Of a stretch of 64,000 nucleotides of DNA, positions 1-8,733 are shown piece by piece. The stretch is from Bacteroidaceae bacterium (lineage in GTDB: Bacteria; Bacteroidota; Bacteroidia; Bacteroidales; Bacteroidaceae). Position 1 is the stretch's first letter; each line of letters opens with the position of its first letter. The stretch spans positions 814 through 64,813 of the forward strand of contig JAFZVW010000029.1 in assembly GCA_017617635.1 (NCBI GenBank). Direction: 5' to 3'. The notes under the pieces are model-generated. The model was not told the origin of the DNA. It worked only from the letters and a program-made list of their open reading frames with translations, and did not search any database. Both the position numbers and the translations under genes were made by a program.

Positions 1-291
1 GTAGATTGATTATGATGCCATTCAATGCTTTCTGCGTCAGCTTTGGTTGTACGTATGCCGTTGTTTGTTTTACTACTGTTACGCCTACAAATATAATAAA
101 TTTTCTCACATCCCGCAACGACTTACATATAAAACATTAAAAGGTAATAGGGGAGTGGAGAAACAGTATTTCTCTCGCTATCCATGCACAAGTTTCTGTA
201 TCACTCATTCTTTTGGTTTATCAGATTGACTACCACCTTTACCATCACATCCTTTTCCTCAGTTTTGCTTTGACTATCGTCTTCCTCCTTC

Positions 292-1248
292 TCACGCGGC
301 ATAGCTCAAACAAGTTTGGCTCTGCTCTTGTTCGTACGTCGGTTCAGCAATCATGAGGGTTAGGGCAACGAGGGTGTTGTCTGCCAAACGCTTGGAGCCG
401 TCAGGGCGATAGAGTACATGATTGTTGTTTAGGAACCACAGGAACAATGTGGCAGCAATGCGTTTGTTGCCATCACTAAAGGAATGGTTCTTTGTGACGA
501 GATACAACAGCATAGCGGCTTTCTCCTCTACACTTGGATAGAGTTCATTGCCTCCGAAGGTCTGGTAAATCTGCCCAATACTGCTCTTGAAGGAATCATC
601 TTTCTCGTTGCCAAAGAGTGTAGATCCACCAAACTTTTCGCGAAGGCCATTGATGGCTTCCATAGCATTCTCGTAAGTAGCGTGGAATGGTTCCTCCTTT
701 GTTGTCTTGTCAATGCTCAGTCTCTCGTAATCGTAATTGTCGAGGGTGTCAAGAGCGTAGGTGTAGTCAGTAACGACTGCGAACAAAGCATTAGTCTCGT
801 CGTTAGACAGCAATGGCTGACTTTGGATGGTTCGTCCCAACATGCCTACCAGTTGGCGCAGTTCACCTATCTGCTCCTTGCGGAGACGTTCGTTGACTGC
901 ATAGCCTTTGACGAGGTAGTCTTTCAACACATTACGTGCCCAGATGCGGAAAGCAGTGCCACGCTTGCTCTTCACGCGGTAGCCGACGGAGATGATGACA
1001 TCAAGACTATAAAATGGTACAGGCTTCTTCACGCCATTAACGTGTAAAAAATGCACGTTATTCTCGTCTCTTTCAAGTTCACCCTCCTTAAATGCATTCA
1101 GTACATGCCTACGTACATTGGATTCCTCCCTGTCAAAAAGGGCTGACATTTGTGATACGTTAAGCCACACAGTTTCATTCTCTAGGCGGACATCTATCTG
1201 TGTCTGTCCGTCCTCTGTCTGATAGATTATGATTTGATTCTGTTTCAT
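292..1248 (-). CDS. RhuM-like N-terminal domain fused to a Fic/Doc-family domain; the C-terminal tail looks frameshifted
   Basis: 318-aa ATG ORF. The N-terminus (MKQNQIIIYQTEDGQTQIDVRLENETVWL ... ISVGYRVKSKRGTAFRIWA) is typical of RhuM-family proteins. HSFSDGNKRIAA matches the Doc-type Fic motif HxFxDGNKR. Confidence 0.8.
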   Translation of the reverse strand: MKQNQIIIYQTEDGQTQIDVRLENETVWLNVSQMSALFDREESNVRRHVLNAFKEGELERDENNVHFLHVNGVKKPVPFYSLDVIISVGYRVKSKRGTAFRIWARNVLKDYLVKGYAVNERLRKEQIGELRQLVGMLGRTIQSQPLLSNDETNALFAVVTDYTYALDTLDNYDYERLSIDKTTKEEPFHATYENAMEAINGLREKFGGSTLFGNEKDDSFKSSIGQIYQTFGGNELYPSVEEKAAMLLYLVTKNHSFSDGNKRIAATLFLWFLNNNHVLYRPDGSKRLADNTLVALTLMIAEPTYEQEQSQTCLSYAA

Positions 1249-1267
1249 ACAATGTTCTTTTTTTCAG

Positions 1268-1275
1268 CAAAGGTA
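1268..1275 (-). promoter_or_regulatory. Bacteroidetes-type -7 promoter box (TACCTTTG on the minus strand) for the RhuM/Fic gene
   Basis: Plus strand reads caaaggta, which is TAnnTTTG on the minus strand, 20 nt upstream of the ATG at 1248. Confidence 0.45.
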
Positions 1276-1339
1276 AATCGATGGTACGCCAAATGGTGGC
1301 GGAGGTTTGTGCTAAGTGTAAAATATCGGAGTTAAAAGT

Positions 1340-1379
1340 GCAAAACAACGCGTTCGGGTTAAGTAACGCGTTGTTTTGC
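1340..1379 (-). terminator. Perfect 15-bp stem hairpin downstream of the M60-like gene
   Basis: gcaaaacaacgcgtt (1340-1354), 10-nt loop, aacgcgttgttttgc (1365-1379). It lies 17 nt past the stop at 1396; the T tract after it is weak. Confidence 0.55.
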
Positions 1380-1395
1380 AATGGGTATATACCGG

Positions 1396-4300
1396 TTAGC
1401 GGATTACTGTTTTCTTGCCGTTGTGGATGTATATTCCCTTGGCGGTGGGTTTGTGGTTGAGTTTTACGCCGTTGATGTTGTAGTAGTTGCCGGTTGTTGC
1501 TCCTGTGGCGGCATCGGGGGTTGTGATGCCTGTGGCATCGATGGTGGTGTAGGTGGTGGGGGGACCGCTGAGGAGCATGTCGTTGCCGTCGCGGAGTGAG
1601 GCGACGAGGGAGTAGGTGCCGTTTGTAATGCCTGCGGCAATGGTGCTGTTGGTGTCAAAGGTTTTCTTGTAGCTGATCCATACGAGTTCGCCTGTGTCGT
1701 CGTAGATCTTGAAGCCTACGGGGCCTGTCCCTCCGGTAACGGTGATGGTGGTGTCGCTGATTTTGAAGCTGAACTTGTTGGTGTTGCTCATGCCGTATTG
1801 GGTGTAGTATCCCAGGCAGCCGCTGTCGTTGCCTGCTTCGTAATTGGTGACGTTTGTTCCCAGAAGGTTGGGGAAGTATTTTACTACTTCGGCATCTGCG
1901 GGGATTTTTCCTTGTGTGGCTGTGCTGTTGATGAACATGATGCCTGGTGCCTTGTTTGTGTAGCTTTGCATTTCGGCTTTCCATGCTTCCATCTGTGCGA
2001 CTTCGGATGATACGGACTTGCGTGGAATCTTGAGGTAGAATGATTCGTAGTCGGTGATGCTTGCAACGCCGTCGTCATTGGTGCCGTTGGTGTCTTCGGC
2101 ATAGTTGAAGAATCCCCATACCTTGAAATACTCGTACAGGTCTGTCTGTGAGGCTTCGCATGCGGCAAGGGCGATGCGCATATAGTCTTTGTCTATGCTT
2201 GCGGGATTGCTTGCCGTGGAGCCGCGGCTCTGGATGTTGCCGCGCTTGTGTATGCATTCGATCCAGCGTGGGAAGAACTGGTCGTCGCCTTTCTGGCGGA
2301 AGTATAGCCATAGCTGATACCATAGCTTCTGTGCGAGGAGGTTGTCGCCCTTGAAGATGTCGAGCCACGAGGTTCCGGCTGTCTTGTTGAAGCGTGTCGC
2401 CAGGATGCTTTGTGCTCCCTTGGCGGTACGCTTGCCCCACATGTGGGTGTAGATCTGTACGAGGACTTCGTTGCTGCCTTCGCGTGTGCCTGCAATCCAG
2501 AGGGGGCGCTGGTGCAGGTGTCCTACTTCGTGGGGATATGCCCAGCTGGTCCACCAGCCGCCATCGCGGAAGGTGGTTTCGTTGAACAGGGCGGGTGTGA
2601 TGCCTGGCCATGAGACGCGTCCGTTGCCTGCCGAGGGGTTGCCCGAGCCTTTGTCCCATACGGTCATCATGGGGCGGTAGTAGCCGTCGTTGAAGCGTGT
2701 GGTCATGGTTCTCTCTTCTGCCTCGAAGACGTAGTCGATCATCTGCATTCCGCGTGTGAGGGTTTCGGCAGGGCGCATATTGTCTGTGTAGGCGCAGAAG
2801 ACGTGGTAGTCGGACCTCATGTGCAGGTAGGTGTCCTTGAGCATGTTCTGCTTGAGCCATTGCCAGTCTTCGTCGGTATGGCCGCGGCTCATGTCGAAGG
2901 TTCCGTTGCAGCGTCCGCCTACGATGTGTATCTTGATATTGGGGTGGGTGGACAGCGGTGTCTCGGTATTGGTGTTCTGATAGGTGATGAAGAGTTCGCA
3001 GTCGCCTGCAGCCGTAACCTTGTTATAACCTTGGCTGAGGGCTTGCTGGGGGCCTGTATTATTGGTTGCCACGGGCATTTCGACCCATAGCTTGGCGTCG
3101 CTGTTGAGGACGTTGCGCTCGACGAAGACGTGGGCGAATTCGCCTGCTTTAAGCCTGATTCCGGTGGGTTGCGTAAGGCGTCCGAAATCACCGAAGCCGA
3201 GTTTGCTTCCCCATACTCCGGGGGCTGAATAGGGTTCGTACGAGTGGATGCGGAAGTCTTTTTCATACCGGCTCCATGTCTCGTCGTCACCCCATCTGTC
3301 GTTCTTGACGCTGACGGCTTCCTCGCGCATAACGGAGGGCAGGTCGCTCATGGCGGCGCGTAGCTGGTCGTCGGTCATCGAGGCGTATTCGCTCTTGAGC
3401 TGTGTGCATGCCTTGTCGGTGAAGAAGGCGGCGAAATTGCTGCCTGCGTTGCTGTCGAGGGCCTTGCGCCAGTCTTCGGCATTGGCGATGTCCTGATCCG
3501 TCACGGCTACCTGCCATAGCAGCCATTTGGAGGCGTCGGAGCTGGCTTGCCATCCTACGACGGTATTGTTCTGGTTGGATGCTCCGGCTGCGTGCAATGC
3601 CTTGTGCTCGGTGGTGTTGTTTACGGTGGCGAACCAGAAGGTGGTATTGCCGTCGGCAGTTGCCGTGCCGGAATAGAAGTCGGCTGCGGTGGCGCCTGTC
3701 TTCCATTGCTGGCTTTGCCCCGGCCAGCCCTGAATGGTTTTGCCTGATACCAGGTTGCGGAAATTGTATGTGCCGTTGCTGCCTGTAATCTGCCATAGCT
3801 GGGCATAGTAGGCGTATGTCTGCTTGTCCAGTTCGGTGCCTGCAAGGTCAAGACCTCCGCCGGTGTTCTCGCTCATGGTTTTCCCAGCATAGGCGTTGCT
3901 TACAAGGCGGTAGTAGCTGCCGCTGGTGATGTTGCTGACGTAGTTGGGAATCTGGTCGGTGGCATCGACAATCTGCCACTTTACGTCATCGCGTTGGCTC
4001 TGGTTGGTGTACACATACGTACCGGAACCTGTAGAGCCTTCGTTGGGGCCGAGATAGCCCTTGTCGGATGTTATGTAGACTTCGTCATTGCCGGCATCGA
4101 CGATATTCCACACGGTTGCCACACTGTTGGATGTGTTCCACTTGGCATAGTTGCCTGTCGTGGAGCAGCCGAGGGTTTTGTCGGAGTCGTATTTGGTGAA
4201 TACATATCCGCTGCCGTTTGGGGTAATGGCAAAGAGCGAGCCGTCGTCTTCAAGCGTTGTGGCGTTTACGACATTGGTCTCGGTATAGCTGTCTTTGAGC

Positions 4301-4431
4301 ATCAGGTTCTTGCCGGAGTTGACGTGCCTGAGCTTGTAGTATCTGTCGGCGCTGATCTGAATTGCGGCAGTAGCCGGCAGGGTGTGTGCGATTGCTGCTA
4401 TGAGCAATGCACAGATGGTGTTGTGTTTCAT
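1396..4431 (-). CDS. Secreted M60-like (enhancin-like) zinc metallopeptidase with N-terminal lectin-like repeats and a T9SS C-terminal sorting domain
   Basis: 1011 aa with signal peptide MKHNTICALLIAAIAHTLPATAA. Has the HEVGH zinc motif with downstream Glu, and QxW-like motifs (AQLWQI, VKWQIV) in the N-terminal third. The C-terminus NINGVKLNHKPTAKGIYIHNGKKTVIR is a typical T9SS CTD. Confidence 0.75.
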   Translation of the reverse strand: MKHNTICALLIAAIAHTLPATAAIQISADRYYKLRHVNSGKNLMLKDSYTETNVVNATTLEDDGSLFAITPNGSGYVFTKYDSDKTLGCSTTGNYAKWNTSNSVATVWNIVDAGNDEVYITSDKGYLGPNEGSTGSGTYVYTNQSQRDDVKWQIVDATDQIPNYVSNITSGSYYRLVSNAYAGKTMSENTGGGLDLAGTELDKQTYAYYAQLWQITGSNGTYNFRNLVSGKTIQGWPGQSQQWKTGATAADFYSGTATADGNTTFWFATVNNTTEHKALHAAGASNQNNTVVGWQASSDASKWLLWQVAVTDQDIANAEDWRKALDSNAGSNFAAFFTDKACTQLKSEYASMTDDQLRAAMSDLPSVMREEAVSVKNDRWGDDETWSRYEKDFRIHSYEPYSAPGVWGSKLGFGDFGRLTQPTGIRLKAGEFAHVFVERNVLNSDAKLWVEMPVATNNTGPQQALSQGYNKVTAAGDCELFITYQNTNTETPLSTHPNIKIHIVGGRCNGTFDMSRGHTDEDWQWLKQNMLKDTYLHMRSDYHVFCAYTDNMRPAETLTRGMQMIDYVFEAEERTMTTRFNDGYYRPMMTVWDKGSGNPSAGNGRVSWPGITPALFNETTFRDGGWWTSWAYPHEVGHLHQRPLWIAGTREGSNEVLVQIYTHMWGKRTAKGAQSILATRFNKTAGTSWLDIFKGDNLLAQKLWYQLWLYFRQKGDDQFFPRWIECIHKRGNIQSRGSTASNPASIDKDYMRIALAACEASQTDLYEYFKVWGFFNYAEDTNGTNDDGVASITDYESFYLKIPRKSVSSEVAQMEAWKAEMQSYTNKAPGIMFINSTATQGKIPADAEVVKYFPNLLGTNVTNYEAGNDSGCLGYYTQYGMSNTNKFSFKISDTTITVTGGTGPVGFKIYDDTGELVWISYKKTFDTNSTIAAGITNGTYSLVASLRDGNDMLLSGPPTTYTTIDATGITTPDAATGATTGNYYNINGVKLNHKPTAKGIYIHNGKKTVIR

Positions 4432-4448
4432 GGTTGGGCGGTTAAGGG

Positions 4449-5864
4449 TTAGCGGTATCCTGCGACTTTGGCTATGATTTTGGGTATATCGGTATTGTCG
4501 ATGCGGCCGTGGAACTGTTCGGCACCTGCGCCTATGGCGAATACTGGTACGTAGCCGTTGGTGTGGGAGCCTGAGGTCCAGCCGAGGCGTGCATTCATGT
4601 TTAGGATGCTCTTGGCAAGATAGCTGAGGTCGCTGATTTGTGCGTATAGTGTCTTCTGGCTCTTCTCGCGTCCTGCAAGGATGTCGTCATAGGCTTTGCG
4701 GAGCTGTTTCTCCTGTTGCTCGCCAACCTGGACCTTGTCCCAGAAGCTGAAGTTTTCCTTCAGGTCGTCCTTGATGATTTCCCAGGTGAGGCTGTCGCCG
4801 TATTGCTTGGCAAGCTGGCTGACGTGCTCGCTGTACAGGGGGGCGCTCATCTTCTGGTACTGCAGGAGGTCGAGTTGCTGGGTATAGCCACGGTTGCCAA
4901 GTCCCAGGCCTCCTGTCTCGTGGTCGGCGGTGACGACGATGAGTGTCTGGTCGGGGTGTTTGCGGTAGAAGTCGAATGCTACCTGTACGGCATTGTCCAT
5001 GTCGATGACTTCCTCGTAGACGGTGGCGGCATCGTTGTTGTGACCTGCCCAGTCGATCTTGCCTCCCTCGACCATGAGGAAGAAGCGGTCGGGGTTCTTC
5101 TTCTTGAGGAAATCAATGGCTGCCCGTGTTATCTCGGTTAATGTCATGTCGCCCTTCTTGCGGTCGATGGCATAGGGAATGGCCGAGCGGTCGTTCTTTG
5201 ATGCCTCCTGTGTTTGCAGCATAAGCATACGGTCGGCCTTGCGTGCTTTCGTACGGTAGTCCTGGTAGCCTCGGGCTATGGTGTAGCCGGCATCCTGTAC
5301 CTGCTGGTAAAGGGAGGGCTCACCGGGGCGCTCGGGCTTGAGGAAATCGCTGCCGGCGAAGAAGTCGAATCCGCTGCGGCACATGTCCTGTCCGATTTCG
5401 TAATACATATTGCGGTTCTTGCGATGGGCATAGAAGGCTGCGGGTGTCGCATGGTCGACGCTGACGCTTGTTGTAATGCCTACGGCGGCACCTGCTTCCT
5501 TGGCCCATACGGCAACGGAGCTGACGGCTGTTATGCTGTCGGGCAGAAGGCCTATGCAGCTGTTATAGGTCTTGTGGCCGTTGGCCAGGGCCGAACCGCC
5601 TGCAGCGCTGTCGGTGATGCCGTGCGAAGAGCTGAATGTGGTCGCAAAGGCTGTATTTGGGAAGTTGGCGAAACACAGGGGCTTGATACCGATGCGGCCT
5701 TCCCTGGCTGCAAGGTATGTCTCTGTGCCGTTGACCTGGTTCATACCCATGCCGTCTCCTATAAAGAAGAAGACGTACTTGGGTGTTGAACCGGTCTTGC
5801 CCTGCGCTGTGGTGTATCCAACAGACGCAAGGAGCAGGACTAGAATGAAGAGGTGCTTTTTCAT
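4449..5864 (-). CDS. Alkaline phosphatase (PhoA family), secreted
   Basis: 471 aa with a signal peptide. Carries FFFIGDGMGMNQV (active-site region), TDSAAGGSA and ADHETGGL motifs. Confidence 0.85.
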   Translation of the reverse strand: MKKHLFILVLLLASVGYTTAQGKTGSTPKYVFFFIGDGMGMNQVNGTETYLAAREGRIGIKPLCFANFPNTAFATTFSSSHGITDSAAGGSALANGHKTYNSCIGLLPDSITAVSSVAVWAKEAGAAVGITTSVSVDHATPAAFYAHRKNRNMYYEIGQDMCRSGFDFFAGSDFLKPERPGEPSLYQQVQDAGYTIARGYQDYRTKARKADRMLMLQTQEASKNDRSAIPYAIDRKKGDMTLTEITRAAIDFLKKKNPDRFFLMVEGGKIDWAGHNNDAATVYEEVIDMDNAVQVAFDFYRKHPDQTLIVVTADHETGGLGLGNRGYTQQLDLLQYQKMSAPLYSEHVSQLAKQYGDSLTWEIIKDDLKENFSFWDKVQVGEQQEKQLRKAYDDILAGREKSQKTLYAQISDLSYLAKSILNMNARLGWTSGSHTNGYVPVFAIGAGAEQFHGRIDNTDIPKIIAKVAGYR

Positions 5865-5872
5865 TTTCGTAA

Positions 5873-7249
5873 TTACTGGTTAGGTACCTTAGGTAACTTG
5901 GCAAGTGCTTCCTGGATAACGGAATCCGACGGGATAACGTCGTTCATGGTCTTGTCGTTGTACTGTGCGTATGCATAGAGGTCGAAGTAGCCGGTGCCTG
6001 AGAGGTTGAATACGATGACTTTCTCCTCGCCTGTCTGCTTGCACTTGAGTGCCTCGTCAATGGCTGCGCGGATGGCGTGCGATGACTCGGGTGCGGGCAG
6101 GATACCTTCGGCCTTGGCAAAGATTTCGGCTGCCTCGAAGACCTGTGTCTGCTCGTATGCACGTGCCTCGAAGACGCCCTGATGGTACAGCTCCGAAAGT
6201 ATGGGGCTCATACCGTGGAAACGCAGGCCTCCGGCGTGGTTGGCGCTGGGGATGAACTGTGAGCCTACGGTGTACATCTTGGCCAGGGGACATATCTGTC
6301 CTGTGTCGCAGAAGTCATAGGCATATACGCCACGTGTAAATGACGGGCATGAGGCGGGTTCGGCACCTATGACCTTGTAGTTGGCTTCGCCGCGCAGCAT
6401 CTCGCCGATGAAGGGTGATGCAAAGCCGCCCAGGTTGGAACCGCCACCGGTGCATCCGATCAGGATATCGGGCTTGATATTGTACTTCTTGAGTGCTGCC
6501 TGTGCCTCAAGGCCTATGATTGTCTGGTGCAGGAGTACCTGGTTGAGTACGGAGCCGAGTACGTAGCGATAGCCTTCGCTCTTGACTGCGACCTCGACAG
6601 CCTCGGATATGGCACAGCCAAGGGAGCCGGTGGTTCCGGGATGCTCGGCATTGATCTTCTTGCCGACCTCGGTGGTCATACTGGGTGAGGGGATTATCTC
6701 TGCACCGTATGTACGGATAACCTCGCGGCGGAATGGCTTCTGCTCGTACGAACATTTGACCATGAAGACCTTGCAGTCAAGCCCGAAGAACTGTGTAGCC
6801 ATTGACAGGGCTGTTCCCCACTGGCCGGCACCGGTTTCGGTGGTTACGCCCTTGAGCCCCTGTGCCTTGGCATAGTATGCCTGTGCCACAGCGCTGTTGA
6901 GCTTGTGGGAGCCTGAGGTGTTGTTGCCCTCGAACTTGTAGAATATCTTGGCGGGTGTACCCAGAGCCTTCTCGAGAAACTCGGCATGTACCAGCGGTGA
7001 GGGGCGGAACATGCGGTAGAAGTCCTGTACTTCCTGGGGAATATCAAACCATCGTGTATCGTTGTCGAGTTCCTGCTTGTTGAGTTCCGTGCAGAAAATG
7101 GGGTTCATCTCTTCGATAGTCAGCGGCTGACCTGTGCCCGGGTTGAGCAGTGGGGCAGGCTTTACCTTCATGTCAGCACGAACGTTGTACCATTTAGTCG
7201 GTACTTCGTTTTCTTCAAGATAGATCTTGTAGGGAATCTTGGTTTCCAT
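5873..7249 (-). CDS. TrpB-like PLP-dependent enzyme (TrpB2-type tryptophan synthase beta paralog)
   Basis: 458 aa. FYKFEGNNTSGSHKLNSAVAQAYYAK matches the TrpB2 PLP-lysine region, and the N-terminal extension (IPYKIYLEENEVPTKWYN) is typical of TrpB2. No trpA is adjacent. Confidence 0.8.
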   Translation of the reverse strand: METKIPYKIYLEENEVPTKWYNVRADMKVKPAPLLNPGTGQPLTIEEMNPIFCTELNKQELDNDTRWFDIPQEVQDFYRMFRPSPLVHAEFLEKALGTPAKIFYKFEGNNTSGSHKLNSAVAQAYYAKAQGLKGVTTETGAGQWGTALSMATQFFGLDCKVFMVKCSYEQKPFRREVIRTYGAEIIPSPSMTTEVGKKINAEHPGTTGSLGCAISEAVEVAVKSEGYRYVLGSVLNQVLLHQTIIGLEAQAALKKYNIKPDILIGCTGGGSNLGGFASPFIGEMLRGEANYKVIGAEPASCPSFTRGVYAYDFCDTGQICPLAKMYTVGSQFIPSANHAGGLRFHGMSPILSELYHQGVFEARAYEQTQVFEAAEIFAKAEGILPAPESSHAIRAAIDEALKCKQTGEEKVIVFNLSGTGYFDLYAYAQYNDKTMNDVIPSDSVIQEALAKLPKVPNQ

Positions 7250-7291
7250 AATTGTTTTGAATAGATGTGATATCTGATATGTGAATCAGTA

Positions 7292-8704
7292 TTATTTCTG
7301 GATATTGGGAAGTTCGAGGCCGTAGCCTTTCTTCTTGTCAATTGCCTTGAGGTAGAGGGCGAAGAAGAGGGCGAGTACGCCAAAGCCTGCAAATACGACC
7401 AATGGTACTGTGTAGTTGTAGGGGATGAAGTCGGCGTCTGCTTCCTTGGCTGCTATTACGGCAGGATTGTCGGCGTTGGTGCTTGCAAGCAGGTTTCCGA
7501 TGATCTTGGGAACGAAGCAGAGGCCGATATTCTGTACCCAGAATATGAGGCAGTAGGCCGAACCGAGAACTTTTTCATCGATAATCTTGGGAACACTGGG
7601 CCACAGGGCTGCAGGAACGAGGGCAAAGCTGATACCCAGCAGCACGATGGTGCTGAAGGCCAGCAGGGAGCTCTTGGTCTCCGGCAGCACGAAAGCGAAT
7701 ATCAGGTGACAGCAGATGAGCAGGATAGAACCGAAGATGAGCATGGTTGCACCCTTGCCGCGACGGTCGAGGAAGTTGCCCAGGAACGGTGTGATGGCTG
7801 CAGCACCGATGGGGAACCAGCGGAAGATATTGGCAGCTGCCTCGGGACTGATGCCGTCGAGATTGCATTGCAGCATGTTGGCTCCATAGCGCTGGAAGGG
7901 GAAGATTGCAGAGTAGTAGAGTACGCAAAGCATTGCCACAATCCAGAATACCTGACTGCGGAAGATAGTGAGGATGTCTGAGAACTTGAACTCTTCCTCG
8001 GAGTCGTGTTCCTCGGATGTCACACCCAGCTCGCGGTCGAACTTGCTGTCAAAGACGGTAAAGACTGAGAAGGTTATCAAACCGATAAGCAGCAGTACGG
8101 TGCAGAATCCTACCGGAGCAACCACACTTCCCATCTTGGAGGCGATGATTGGGGAGATGCTGAATATTGCAAACACACCCACGCGGGCAATAGCCATCTC
8201 GAGTCCCATTGCCAGCGCCATTTCCTTGCCCTTGAACCATTTGGCAATTGCCTTGCTGACTGTGGTTCCTGCCATCTCGCAGCCACAGCCGAATACCATG
8301 AAGCCAAGTGATGCCATCTTTGCAGAGGCAGGCAGGCTAACCCACCATGAGTTGAGCCACTCGGCCATACCCGTCGTCTGGAACCAGTCGGTAATGCCAA
8401 CGTACTTGATGGCGGCACCGATGAACATCATAGAGGCAGAGAGTACGCCGGTGAAGCGTACACCCATCTTGTCCAGGATGATGCCGGCAAGAATCAGGAA
8501 ACCGAACACGTTCAGTATGTACTCCGATGCGGCGTAGGTACCGAAGATATCGGGTGTCCAGCCTCGTTCACTCTCGACCAGTGCCTGAATGGGTGACATC
8601 ACATCTACGAACATGTATCCGAAGAACATGGTCGAGGCAATCAGTACCAGCACTGTCCAGCGCATTGCTGCGCTGTCGTTCATTCTCTTTTGAATTTGAT
8701 TCAT
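7292..8704 (-). CDS. MFS transporter
   Basis: 470 aa with about 12 hydrophobic segments in two six-helix halves separated by a charged loop (SEEHDSEEEFKFSD). Confidence 0.7.
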   Translation of the reverse strand: MNQIQKRMNDSAAMRWTVLVLIASTMFFGYMFVDVMSPIQALVESERGWTPDIFGTYAASEYILNVFGFLILAGIILDKMGVRFTGVLSASMMFIGAAIKYVGITDWFQTTGMAEWLNSWWVSLPASAKMASLGFMVFGCGCEMAGTTVSKAIAKWFKGKEMALAMGLEMAIARVGVFAIFSISPIIASKMGSVVAPVGFCTVLLLIGLITFSVFTVFDSKFDRELGVTSEEHDSEEEFKFSDILTIFRSQVFWIVAMLCVLYYSAIFPFQRYGANMLQCNLDGISPEAAANIFRWFPIGAAAITPFLGNFLDRRGKGATMLIFGSILLICCHLIFAFVLPETKSSLLAFSTIVLLGISFALVPAALWPSVPKIIDEKVLGSAYCLIFWVQNIGLCFVPKIIGNLLASTNADNPAVIAAKEADADFIPYNYTVPLVVFAGFGVLALFFALYLKAIDKKKGYGLELPNIQK

Positions 8705-8733
8705 AGTTATTGTAGCGTTATTTCGTTATATCG

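Noticed and set aside
47-229. 60-aa + ORF at the left edge, and the 484-1047 + ORF.
   Set aside because: The first lies in the region that appears to hold the displaced C-terminal tail of the RhuM/Fic gene on the other strand. The second is antisense to that gene. Neither has any motif.
1464-4452. Many 60-260-aa ORFs in other frames inside the M60-like gene (Arg/Pro/His-rich or Gly/Val-rich), and equivalents inside most other large genes.
   Set aside because: They have compositionally extreme translations, are nested in a 1011-aa ORF with clear domain motifs, and show no independent start signals.
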